A program made the position numbers and the translations under genes. Source: Octopus vulgaris (lineage: Eukaryota). From it: a stretch of 64,000 bases of DNA. The stretch's first letter is position 1; each line of letters opens with the position of its first letter. Positions 1-15,537 of this stretch are shown in pieces. The notes beneath the pieces were generated by a model that saw only the letters and a list, made by a program, of their open reading frames with translations, had not been told where the DNA came from and did not search any database. The DNA lies in NCBI GenBank assembly GCA_951406725.2, contig OX597814.1, positions 34,782,001 to 34,846,000 of the forward strand, in the 5' to 3' direction.

Positions 1-363
1 GTATATGCTGAATATTTCAACTCTTGAGTACCACCAGCAGCAGTGTGTCTTTCTTAACCAAACACAATCACTTTGCGTACAAACCCACTCGTATGAGTGA
101 TTAAACTAATAGGCCAGTTTGTTTACTCAACGCTCTCTTCACAGATAGTTCAAATATTAAGTTCTTCAGTGTATATGAACAGCTTCGTTTTGTTGTGGTA
201 ATGTACTATAGAACATGTTCAATAGATTTTGTTTTCTAATCATTTTGTGTTATAAAGAATGTATCCATTACGTCAATATACGCATAATGGACAATTCAGT
301 ATATTGTAGCTCCTAACATTGAGAACTACCAAGAACGTATTATTCCTACTACATATATATATG

Positions 364-1400
<1,037 letters not shown>

Positions 1401-2011
1401 AATTTCGTCCCATGCCGAAGAACCTAGCTCTTTTCTCCTTGAATTTGCTGCTAAATGGTTAAGGTTATAGATGTTGAATTTTGATATACTTTGTGACAGG
1501 TTGGTCTTTCCTACAGAGTTTCACATAGTTTCTGTCTGAAGTGACAAGGCGCAAATCCACTTGAAGTTATAGTAACATTTATTTGGTTGATTCCGGGAAC
1601 TCGTAATTGCAAAGAGATCATCTTAACCCCTCGAACGTACAGCACCTTTACACACACAGACACACGCACACACGCACACACACACACACCCACCCACACA
1701 CACACACACACACACGCACGAAAGCACGCACACACACATAAAATATATATAAGATTCATTTAAATTAGGTACTCACATTGAGGCACTTTGTTAGGTCGGA
1801 ATAATATACACACATAACAATATTATGTAAATATCAAACGCGGTACATAAGCACCGGCCAAATGATATTCTTGCTGTGTATGTAGACAATTAGACCCAGC
1901 TGAGTGAATAAATCCGCTCTAGAGCTATTCAGACATGTACATTATATTAAATACACGGTTTATAATATTTACGAAGAGCAGATTCCGAGACAGGTGAATA
2001 AAATATAAATG

Positions 2012-3000
<989 letters not shown>

Positions 3001-3197
3001 TATATACACACATACATATATATATACACATATATAAATAAACACATACACACACATATTTGTGTATGTGAGTGTGTTAGTGTGCGCGCGTAAATAGGGA
3101 GCTGTTGTTTTTTAAACTTTATATTAAAGACACAACTATGTTCGAATTTAATCCTTTTAATTAATGACTTTCCGTATTTCCGCATTAGACTTTTATG

Positions 3198-3279
3198 TTT
3201 CGTTTCGAACAATGAGTTCTTAAAGCCATTAATCCATTAATATTTCAACAACCTGCTCGGCTTTATCATCAGAACGAAA
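3198..3279 (-). ncRNA. Degenerate type I hammerhead-like motif
   Basis: Minus strand reads TTTCGTT-CTGATGA-TAAAGCC...GGCTTTA-AGAAC-TCATT-GTTC-GA-AACGAAA. Stem I and stem II are each a perfect 7 bp. The GAAA box is altered. Confidence 0.5.
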
Positions 3280-3545
3280 TGTTACTCTTAATGGCGTAGC
3301 ATGCGGGCACTTTGCTCAAGACTGCTTAAGATCATGGAAATAATGTTGTAACTGAAGAAAAGATTAACAACGTATTTGCAAAATATTCAATGACGAAGTG
3401 TTACTAGAATTCTAGATTTATTTTATCTATGGCGAATCTGTGTGTTGAGATCTTGTTTGAATTATGAAATCTTCTGAAGTTACTCCTCTTACTGTATTAT
3501 GGAATTCTATACATTTATATACATACATACATACATACATACATT

Positions 3546-3576
<31 letters not shown>

Positions 3577-3599
3577 ACATACATACATACATACATATA

Positions 3600-4020
3600 T
3601 GCATCTCTATCTCTCTATCTGTCTATTTTCCCTCTTTGTTTGTTTGTTTCTTTCTTTTTCTCTTTCTCTCTTCCTTTCTCCATTTCTTTCTCTCCCTCCA
3701 CCTTTCTCTCCCCTTCTCTCTCTTTCTCTCTCTCTTTATGTATCTCTCCTACCATCGTCTATCGCTCTCTCTCCCTGTCTCTCTTTGTCTTTCTTTCTAT
3801 CTCTCTCTTTACGTCGCCCTCTCTCTTTACGTCTATCTCTCTCTTTACGTTTCTCTCTCTCTCTTTACGTCTCTCTCTCTCTTTAGGTCTCTCTCTCTCT
3901 CTCTCTTCATGTCTCTCTTTCCTTCTGTCACTTTCTCTCCTTATGTCTCTTTCTTTCCTTCTGTCTTTCTCTTTCTGTCTCTCACTCTCTTTCTGTTAAT
4001 TTCTCTCTTTCTGTCGCCTT
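3600..4020. repeat. Degenerate (CT)-rich low-complexity tract
   Basis: ~400 bp of TC/TTC/CTGT repeats directly upstream of a PIF1-like relic. Confidence 0.9.
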
Positions 4021-4087
4021 CCTTAATCTTCTTCATAATAACAACAATACAGATATCCTAGCTCTAAAAAATGTTCTTTTACATACA

Positions 4088-4345
4088 ATTGATAATATGC
4101 TGTTGAATAAACTTCCAGAAGTCTTCACTTATAACACAGTTGACAGTGTTGTTGATGATCAGGATAGTGTCAACCACCAGGTACAGCTCCTCATTGTCTT
4201 CTGTTGAAAAAGGGAATCCTATTATGCTATTACATATTTTGTCTCAATCAAAATTATGCAATGGTACAATATTATTTGTGCACAAATTTTATTGACCCAA
4301 ATGTTCTCACTGTTTGTACTAAAGGCTTATGTATCCCGAAATAAA
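4088..4345 (+). pseudogene. Decayed PIF1-like helicase fragment (Helitron RepHel-derived)
   Basis: Translates across frameshifts as IDNMLLNKLPEVFTYNTVDSVVD..PPGTAPHCLLLKK..PIMLLHILSQSKLCNGT, matching the PIF1 PPHxLxLKxGxPIMLLRNL..LCNGT block. Confidence 0.7.
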
Positions 4346-5021
4346 ACAAAAAGCATTGTTCATAAAGAAATATTCATTCTTAATGCAACAAGAATACTTC
4401 TATAACATCATTTACCATTACAATCGTTACATTCAAGAATGAGTAAATTACTTATTTCAATGAACTGTACTATAGAATTGTTATTACTGTATTCATAAAT
4501 AAATTAACACATACATCTCACTTATTATTATCATGTAATATACAAACAAAGCTTCATGCATAAAAATGATCGTTTTTCTACTTCAATTATTACATGTTTT
4601 TTCTCTTATGAAAACATTATATATTTGCCATTACTCTATAGATAGATAAAATACCAAAAACGACTCACTCATTATTGCAATATCATTATAAGTTCATGTA
4701 TGATATTGATCTTTCTTCTACTTGAGTTATTACACGTACAGGAGGAGTAAATTACACATATAATAATACTTTCAATGTGTCTCCCGATATTGTATTTAAT
4801 ATTTTGTACTAATGTGTATATGATGATTAGTGTATTGAAGTGTTTAGTAGTGCACTGGCAGAGTTTGGGCTACCTGGTGTCATCTGCAGTCGGAGTATAT
4901 TACCGTCTGATCTACTTCAGGAACTCCGCAGTGATAATCGAGGTAATAATAATAATAATATTAATAATTTCTTTAGAGTAACCAAATCCATTTTCTGGTC
5001 ACTTAAGAAATTATATTTATG

Positions 5022-5720
<699 letters not shown>

Positions 5721-5727
5721 TGAAGAT

Positions 5728-5840
5728 GACTCGTAATCCAAATTCTAGTTCGCAATTCAAAGCCAAAAATCGGCCGAGAAACGGCTCGTATCTCGAAAAA
5801 CTCGTTAGTTGGGACACTCGTAAGTCAAGGTACCACTGTA
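5728..5840. mobile_element. Terminal fragment of a Tigger/pogo-like DNA transposon
   Basis: Ends CTCGTAAGTCAAGGTACCACTG|TA, a Tigger-type TIR with TA target. No partner TIR seen. Confidence 0.65.
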
Positions 5841-7916
5841 TATGGAAAAAGGAAGTATATTCTCACTCAGGAAAGAATATAGGAAGAGTTGGTTTGGCGG
5901 GTAGAAAATGTACCTGAGACTTAACACATGGACTAGATTTAAAATTTGTAACAAATAAATTTGAATACCAAACTGATTTCGACAATTATTTGTTTTTCAA
6001 TGGTAAATAAAGATTGGGTGATATTAAAGGTACAAGGGAAAATTCGGAAAAGGAACACGCTTAAGGATTCAAATGTTCATTCAAATTCCAGTTTCACAGA
6101 GATACGCAGTAATGCAAGTTTAAATGTTTGAATTGCATAATAGTCATATACGATTGGAAGTTCAGTAACATTGAGTGTTATTAAAAATTTGATACGATAA
6201 AGATGTCAAAAGAGTAAGAAAAGGAGAATAGAAAAGAGTTTTTTGCTTTACAATTTGTGTTGTAGTGCATGAACATGGAGTCTTTGTTGCTGGTTTAGCT
6301 GGTGGGAGATTGAACTGTTTTAAGCTGGAATTGCTTTGTATATATAGTTTATTTTTTTAAGATTGTAGATTTAATGAGGTGACTTGTATTTGTCCAGCTG
6401 TGGTCTAGTATTTTGGTTGGTTGACTTCCTGAAGATGTCATTTGTTTTTCGGGTATTCTGTTCACATATTTTGGGTTGGCGAATGTCCAGGATTCTGTTT
6501 GCTCGACTTCCTGGTGACGTCATTCCATTATCGACTGTTTTGATCGCTTGTTTTTGACCAGTAGAGTTCCAGTGCGCTGGTTGATTTTTCTGCATACGTT
6601 ATTTGTTTTCGCCAAAGGTCTTGGTAACAAAAGCAAGGAATTGGAAAATTGCTTCTTTTGAATTCGTGGTTAACTGCAAGTTTTGAATGGCGTTTTGCAT
6701 CACTCGTGCTTACATTAAAACATCCGTACGGCGTTTACATCAGTCATGTTTACAATAAAACGTCCGAAGGATGTATTCTTTTACTACGTTGTAGTTTCGT
6801 TTTGATAAGGAGTCTTTTTTCAATCTTCTGTTTTCGCACTATGTATATTCGAACTATGAGTTTGTGGTGGGACGATTTACATGGGTTTTGGTTCTTATGG
6901 ACATATTCCTCTATTCTGTAACTAGATTGCATTTCCTGTAGTATACGATCTATGATTTTTGTGTATTTTTGATTTGTGCTAAATATTGCATGAGTTGTGT
7001 TCTTGTATTGTTACACCAGGTCTACTAATCTATTAGAGTACCCGTTAACCAATGTTTGTTTTACATGCAATATGCTGCAAAGTGCGGAAGTGACACGCAT
7101 TTACAATAATTATATTCTGATGATAAAGCAAAGACAGTATTGAAACATTAATGGAGAAATGGTTTTAGGAATATTATTTTGCCGAAATAAAGTATCAATA
7201 AGGAAACAGAAAAATATGCGTAATAAAAAGATTAAGCTCGAACAGTCATGTCTTTAATATAGAAATAAACACGCACACAATTACGTATATGCACACGCAA
7301 ATCTATAGAAGAATCTTCACACACACATATATGTGTGTGAGTGTGTGTAACTAGAGCCCAGTTATAGCTGCATGTGTGTGCGTGATAGCGTTCGCGTGCT
7401 TTCCTGCGTCCTTGTCCGTTTAGGTGTATCTACTGCACGGTATGCATTCAATAACATTGTCTGAGCGGAAAAATATCAACTTTTTTTGAAAAAATTGATG
7501 TATGTCATATGCAACATTTCTTTCAAAGCAAAATAAGTTGGATTTGCCAGGATGTGTGCAATAGAAGGAACCCCTGCAGACCCTGAAGAGAATTTCCAAG
7601 CAATGAAAACGCAAACCTAATTACAGAGTGACAATAAAACCTTAAGAGACAGGTTCTAGTGTAGAACTCATTGATTCTTTGATGGTAAGCTTAGCAATAT
7701 GACTATGTTAAATTCTATTTTTTTTCTAATTTTATATTTTGCGTCATATTAAATATAATCGATAGCGTTTCTCTTAAAGGTACAAAAATCACATATAGAT
7801 ATATTCAGACATAAATACAAAAACACACATTGCTTATTTTCCCAGAACTATTATATTGATGAATATAGATGAGTTTGTTTATTTGTATGGGCAGCTTTTC
7901 ACATATGTGTGTGTGA

Positions 7917-7997
<81 letters not shown>

Positions 7998-8979
7998 TAT
8001 ATATGTATACAAATATATATGTATATGTATATATATAAGTATATACATATATATATATATATATATACATAGATACACTTATATATGTGTGTATATATAT
8101 ACATATATATGTATATATATATATATACATATATATGTGTGTGTATATATATATATACATATATATGTGTATGTATATATATATTTATATATATATATAT
8201 ACATTCATAAAAACATACGTACATAAATATTTCTACAGGAGTACATAAACTTAAAGTATATTGTACTATCGTAAACTATTATGCTGATGAATATAAATGA
8301 GTTTGTTTATTTCATGGGTATAAATGCACCATCCATCCATCTATACATCCATATACACAAATGCTTGCGTGCATCTATATCTCCACAGGAATACCTACGT
8401 ATATTGAAGTTTCTTATACGAATGCAAAGTTTTATACTATCACATGCATATATATGCCAGCTTAATTTAGCAGGTGTGTGCATATATATGTATATATATA
8501 TATGTGTGTGGGTGTCTTTCTGTATGTTTGTGTCTGTGTGTGTGTAAATATGCATGCCTACTCGCACACATTCTTACACATAACAGTCGTGCATTATTCC
8601 CCGAAACATTTTCTTATTTCACTCACTAGAGAAAAATATAGTTCTTATCATCTGAAACAGAAAATATATTTAATACACAATTCTGTTTTATTGTTTTGTT
8701 TCAGTATTTGAAAGACATTTCCGGAAACAAAAATATCAGCAAGACAAAATATAATAATAGAGAAATAAAAGGAAAGCCATAAACCAAATTCGAAGCCAAA
8801 AATAAGATACCTTTCTACATAAAAAATGTAGAAGCATAAAAAATGTTTGTGTTCTCTGTTTGTTGCCATTGACGAATGAAGTAAGAATATCACGAGGAAG
8901 AGTGAAACCTCGATTTGTTTTGTCAAATTATACTTTAGCAACTCTGTCTTTTCATCTCCACCCTTTGTCTCTCTCACCT

Positions 8980-9041
<62 letters not shown>

Positions 9042-9344
9042 TATACATATATATATATACATATATATATAGATATATAGATATATACATAAATATATAC
9101 TCACACACACACATATATACATATATATAGATGCATATATACATACATATATATATGTATATGTATATATATATATATGTATGTATGTATGCACATATTC
9201 GTAGTTTTGTGTATAGACACATGCACATACATATACGCATATACTTACATGCATATTATAAGTATATGTATATATGCACGTATGTTCCTATCTATATATG
9301 CAGTATATGTATGTATGTATGTGCGTATGTAGGCATTATGTATG

Positions 9345-9402
<58 letters not shown>

Positions 9403-9428
9403 ATGTGTGTGTGTGTGTGCATGTCTGT

Positions 9429-9750
9429 AGGCGCGTGGTTTAATGGATAGGGTATTCTGCTTGCGATATTGGAGTCGCTAGTTCGATTACCGGCGGCGCG
9501 TTGTGTCCTTGAACAAGACACTTTATTGCACAGTGCTCCAGTCCACTAAGTAGGCAAAAATGAGTAGTACCTGTATTTAAAGGGGCCAGCCTTGTCACAC
9601 TCTGTGTCATGCTAAATCTCCCTGAGAAGTATGCGAAGGAGTACGGGTGTCTGTTAAGTGCTCAGCCACTTGCACGTTAATCTCACGAGGAAGCTGTTCC
9701 CTTGATCGGATCAACTGTAACCTTCGTCGTAGTAGGCGACGAAGTGCCTG
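9429..9750 (+). mobile_element. tRNA-derived SINE (3' half shared with 60276-60661)
   Basis: A/B-box-like head (TGGTTTAATGG, GTTCGATTACC). From GTACCTGTATTT..GCCTTGTCAC..GTGCTCAGCCACTT onward it matches the 60.3-kb SINE. Confidence 0.8.
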
Positions 9751-9769
9751 TTTCTTTTATGTATGTATG

Positions 9770-10622
9770 TCGTTATTCACTTTATTTCAAGTTTTCTTGC
9801 CAAGAGAAAAAGAATCGGTTTCTAACCTAGATCCATAGCTCCTTCACTGGAATTTCAACATCAACAACAGGGTATTTTTGTATGTATGTATGTATGTATG
9901 TATGTATGTATGTATGTATGTATGTATGTATGTATGTATGTATGTATGTATGTATGTATGTATGTATGTATGTATGTATGTATGTATGTATGTATGTATG
10001 TATGTATGTATGTATGTATGTATGTATGTATGTATGTATGTATGTATGTATGTATGTATGTATGTATGTATGTATGTATGTATGTATGTATGTATGTATG
10101 TATGTATGTATGTATGTATGTATGTATGTATGTATGTATGTATGTATGTATGTATGTATGTATGTATGTATGTATGTATGTATGTATGTATGTATGTATG
10201 TATGTATGTATGTAGGTGCAGATTTGTATCCTTTATGTATATATTCTCATGCATATAGTTGCATATCTAGACATACTCGTATATATTTAAATAAAAAATT
10301 CTGGAACGTTTTACAGATATTTACAGTTCTAGTGTAGTCTTCGAATTAGCTTTCTCCTTTCTAGTTTTGAGAAGATTGGTATTTAGGCAGTGTGTTACAT
10401 ATCCCAGGCCCCCAGTAGTTTCAGGTGTAAACCTGAACTTGAAATCTGTATAGAGTAACTGCAGATTTCTCAATAGTTCAGCATAGGTATTCTCTTTTTC
10501 ACTGATCTTCAGCTTTATGTTAACATCCGCTGGGCAGCTAATTTCCACAACTGTGCACAGTTTCTCTTCTCTATTCCAAATCATTATATCAGGTCTGTTG
10601 TGCATACATTTTAGTGAGGTCT
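9770..10622 (-). mobile_element. 5'-truncated RLE non-LTR retrotransposon (R4-like) 3' end in (TATG)n, with an internal expanded (CATA)n
   Basis: Minus strand encodes KCMHNRPDIMIW..VVEISCPAD..KISEKENTY..GGLGYV (PD..E..K restriction-like endonuclease). Homolog at 30060-30410. (TATG)n on both sides. Confidence 0.85.
9880..10214. repeat. Perfect (TATG)n, ~83 units
   Basis: Directly visible. Confidence 0.98.
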
Positions 10623-10734
10623 TGTATGTATGTATGTATGTATGTATGTATGTATGTATGTATGTATGTATGTACGTATGTATGTATGTATGTATGCATT
10701 CATTCATATACACACCACACACACACACATACAT

Positions 10735-10773
<39 letters not shown>

Positions 10774-12048
10774 CCTATTTATATATTTCTTGAATATGCT
10801 AATACATATAAAATTTCTTCTTGATTCGTTCTTCTCCCAAAAGTTTTCCAGATATATTCACAAAGTCTACCAAATATTGCAATACACCTTCAAACATATA
10901 TGAAAGCATATATGCAGACATACTTAGAAGCACATACATACACACATACGAACAAAAAGACTCAGACTTTTACAGCGATCGAAAATATATCTGAAGATCA
11001 AATTCATACTCCAGTGGTTGATGTGCCATGCTAGTCATTTCAACATTATATATACTGATATACGTTCGTTTATGTTTACACACACACAGACAGACAGACA
11101 CACACACAACACAAACACACACACACACATATATATATACTTTGATAGTATTTTATATATATATATTTTAAAACGATCTGATCAGAAAACTGCTGACACA
11201 ATTTCATTGCATGTGAATTTTGTTACTAATCTCGTTGCAGGTATGCGACGATACCCTTTGATAATTTATAGTGTATAACACTGTAAAGGAATAAACAAAA
11301 GTATAGTTAACACTCTGTGTTGTTTTAAATGGCTACTCTCTCCGCCAGTAATTTTTAGAGATTCAAACAATTACTGATATCGATCATGTCACTTGGCAAA
11401 CAATTCACTCCGACATTCATACTTTTTAGTTAGGTTATTTTGACACGATCTCTTGTATATGAACAATGATGGCTACAAAATGTGCACAATGTCATGAACA
11501 GCCATGTCGGTATCAACAGCGGCAAAAGTTAATATAGCAATAACCACTAAGCTTCTGCCATAAAACGCACAATTAAAGTAAATATTTTAACTACCGTTCA
11601 ATATTAGTGATTTTACATCTGTTACGAGGACTCTAGATTCGAAAAGCAAACATATTTGTATCGAGTGTGGAACAGAAGAAAAACAGAAACAAGCAACTGT
11701 AAAATTAAATATCAATTGAATCGGATTTAATTATAAAGCTATTCATAGTATTTACCTGTAATGAACTTAATTTTTTTTATATAATGTAATTATTCATGCC
11801 TACTCATGGGAAATATTGCATACCTAGTTAAAGAATACTAGAATAAATACAGTGACACCTAAGCTTTACTGAGAAGGTTCCAATAATACTGAAACATATT
11901 CGTAGTTGTTTCCTGTATTAAAAGGAATAAAGTAATATGAATCAATGAAGGTATGGTACACTTTTCTCCCTGTAGAAAATGTTAACACTAACTAAACTAT
12001 TGTTCATTGCACGTTTGGTGTCTCAATACACACACACACACACACACA

Positions 12049-12098
<50 letters not shown>

Positions 12099-12664
12099 TG
12101 TATGTATTTAAATGTACAACATATTTCCTTTCCCATACGTACATTTCCTTTCCAATAGACATATAGTAAACCCTGGTGTTTATTATAATAAACGCGAACT
12201 TCCGTCTGTCCGTCCATCTGGGATCCCTTATCTCAGTCTACATTTGTGCTACATAGACATATTATACCTTTTTGGAATCAGAATGATCACAGGATTGACG
12301 ATCTGCCCTTTATTTGCTTCATAAACATCCAGTATTGGAATGAGGTCTGGATGAGGATTTGTTATGTGCTAACAATTGAAACTTCAAATTTTAAAAGATT
12401 TCAAAAATGCGAGCCTACAAGTTTTTCATTTAAGCGGAATTTAAGGTAATACCAAAATTTTGTGAAATTAAAAAAATATTTTAAATTCAGTTCATTTAAA
12501 ACTAGATTCAAGTCAGAGTGAGAGGTTTCGTGTTCGTGAGGTTTCGAAGCCCCGCGGAGTTTGTGAATTGAAGCACTCGGAAGGAAATATCGAAGAATTC
12601 GAACTTTTGGCCTGATCGGATTTCCGGTCGGATCGGACTTTCGGCGGAGTCAGTTTATTCAGAG

Positions 12665-13175
12665 ATTTAGATGCTGAAGATTTGCAGCTCAGCTATTGGA
12701 TTTGGGAAATGAAAGTATTCAGCAAGATTGACATCACTTTTCCAAATGGCTGTGGCATTTTGGTCAAAACTGTAAAAGAGTTGATAACCAAGTCTTACCC
12801 AAACATTGGGCATAATTGTCAAGATCCTGGTTGGTCTTGTGAAGGTGCCATACTTGCGCCAAAGAATGAAGCTGTCTAGGCTGTCAATTGAAAACTTATG
12901 CAATCAATGAAAACTGAGGTAAAAAATATTTCTCAATTGATGCTGTTGTGGACGCCTAATGATGCTGTGAATTATCCTACGGAGGTCCTAACTCTTTGGG
13001 TCCTCCTGGAATAACTTCCCACGAACTGGTATTGATGAAAGGAGTTCCAATCTGGATCCTCCAAAGCTGTGCAATGAAACAAGAATGATTGTGAGGCAAA
13101 TGCATCCACATATTTTGGAAGCAACAATCCTCACTGGACAAGGCAAGGGAGGAAATGTGTTTATTCCAAGAATTT
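12665..13175 (+). pseudogene. PIF1-like helicase fragment (Helitron RepHel C-terminal part)
   Basis: AILAPKNEAV, YPTE, DPPKLCNETRMIVRQMHPHILEATILTGQGKGGNVFIPRI. Stops and frameshifts. Ends at (TTC)n 13175-13261. Confidence 0.9.
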
Positions 13176-14074
13176 CTTCTTCTTCTTCTTCTTCTTCTTC
13201 TTCTTCTTCTTCTTCTTCTTCTTCTTCTTCTTCTTCTTCTTCTTCTTCTTCTTCTTCTTCCTACGGTATTTTAAATGTCATAAATATCATAAGCTTTTTA
13301 ATGCTTATACAACTAGTACATTTAATGGCAGCTATTCTTGAAAGAACTTCTAAAATTCCAACAAAAATCTTAATGCTAAAATCCTAAGAACGTGAAATAA
13401 TATACTTACTTCCACTTGCTATTGCATCATTCCTGCTAATTGTCTCCTTAACGGTAATTGCCATTGAAAGCTTTGATCTACTGCGTTAAATTCAATTTCG
13501 ACAACACTGTTCCAAGATTTTCTATTGAGTTAGAACATACTTTCAAAGCTATGTTTTCTTCTAATCATTCACGTACTTAATAAACCTAAAAGAATTGGCT
13601 CAACTGTCTTCAAACATACTTGGTTTTCGAAAGAGGCAGGGTACACTGTGTTAAAAATGATATGACCAATTCTCAGTTACACCATAACTTAATATCTCGT
13701 TATCTTACGTTAAAATCTGATTTAAATTACTAATTATTGATCTAAATTGAAAGTGACATTAAATCAAATATGCATTCAAATATGGTTGTTTAAAGCAGAC
13801 ATTCTTCTAAATACATGATAGTATGGTTAAATTCAAGTAATTAATATTATATAACGTGTAGTAGTAATATTGGTGTGAATGGTATAATGTAATTTATTTG
13901 TGAAATCGTAATTACTTAATACTTCCTTATAGCATTGCAAAGCAACATTAAATTCATCCACATTTTTTATTTTCTCCATTTACAGATTAGAGATACTACA
14001 CAGTTACCTTTTATTCATTTTCCATTTCCATTTCCCTCTCTTTCCGCCTGTCTGTCTGTCTGTATGTCTGTCTG

Positions 14075-14146
<72 letters not shown>

Positions 14147-14609
14147 TACATATATATACATATATATGTATAGATATATATATGTATTATATATGCATAT
14201 ATATGTGTATATATACGTATATGTGGTCGTGTGTGTGTGTGTGTGTGTGAGTATCTATGTATATATATATTGCGATGTGTAAACTTGAAGTGAAACTGGA
14301 AAAATAAGCCATACATTATTTTTACTTGAAATTTGTCAAAGGTTTCTCTTTATCAGTTTCTTAAAACAACGAACGAAGGTTATATAATCTGTCAACAACA
14401 TTTATTTGTTATTTGCTATCATTTTGTCTGTGCTTGCTATAGTATACAAACGTTTTCTACGATCTCTTGATGTGTCAAATTCCATGTTCTTTGTTACTTT
14501 TGTTTGTTTTTCGTAGCCTCCTGACGATTGTCAAGAAGAAATTTGAAGCAACCATTTGTGAAGATTCAGCTTCTTATAAAGTAAAAAGAATAAATTGAAG
14601 AGTGTAACG

Positions 14610-14680
<71 letters not shown>

Positions 14681-14685
<5 letters not shown>

Positions 14686-14966
14686 GAGAAATTAAAAAAA
14701 GGAAAATACACACACTTAACATAGTTTTATTATAATTTTTAATATATCGACGGGTTTCGCTTTCGCTATTCATGATATTACGGTTTACTTATTTGAATAT
14801 GTATTTTCCTACACAACATGGACAAAATTTCTTCTTAAGAAAATACATATTCAAATAAGTAAGCCATAATATCATGAATAGCGAAGACGAAACCAGTCGA
14901 TATATTAAAAATTATATTAAAACTATGTAAAGTGTGTGTATGTTCCTGTTTTAATTCCTTATATAT
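14681..14966. repeat. Fold-back palindrome, ~130-bp arms, each carrying a hammerhead-like fold
   Basis: 14681-14810 is the reverse complement of 14837-14966 with a 26-nt loop. Motif ATATC-ATGAATA-GCGAA(AG/GA)C-GAAA-CC(A/C)GTC-GATAT is present in both arms. Confidence 0.9.
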
Positions 14967-15017
14967 ATTACAACTCACCACGTTAGGTTAATCGAAATTC
15001 CTCCTTTCTGTTACTAC

Positions 15018-15052
<35 letters not shown>

Positions 15053-15537
15053 AAGGTATATATAAGATCTAAGAATCAAGCTATAGGAAGAGAGTTAGTT
15101 TCAAACAAACCATAGTAAATATAAATAACACCTTTCAGGGATAACAGTGGTTTATTGAAACGGAAGCTTGTGGATTTTCTTTCTTATCGACGTACGATAA
15201 ATTAGAAAAAAGTTATCTTTATATTTCGCGGTAGGCAACCAGGTTGCCGGGTATGCAAATAACAAAACAAGAATTAATGAATGGAGTAGATAAGAACCGG
15301 GCTACATATGCTTCATAGCGAGCGAAACCTCGGAAGTGGTAAATATCCAAGGGAGGTGTATAACCTAGGCTACTCTCCAGGACAAGGATATCTTGATTAA
15401 ATGAAAGTTTATATTGTCGCACGGAGCTACATGTTAACGTGTGGAAGAATATATCAGAATGTGTAGAGAGCACAGCAGAAGTGGAGAGAGAAATCAAGAA
15501 GTGCAGAGAGAAATCAAGATTAATAGAAGGAATAGAT

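Noticed and set aside
5880-7070. Further Penelope-like N-terminal relic on the minus strand
   Set aside because: Composition is suggestive, but I could not read any diagnostic motif.
7846-8320. 45-bp direct repeat (7846-7892 and 8275-8320) as LTR/TSD
   Set aside because: Diverged local duplication around microsatellites with no element features between.
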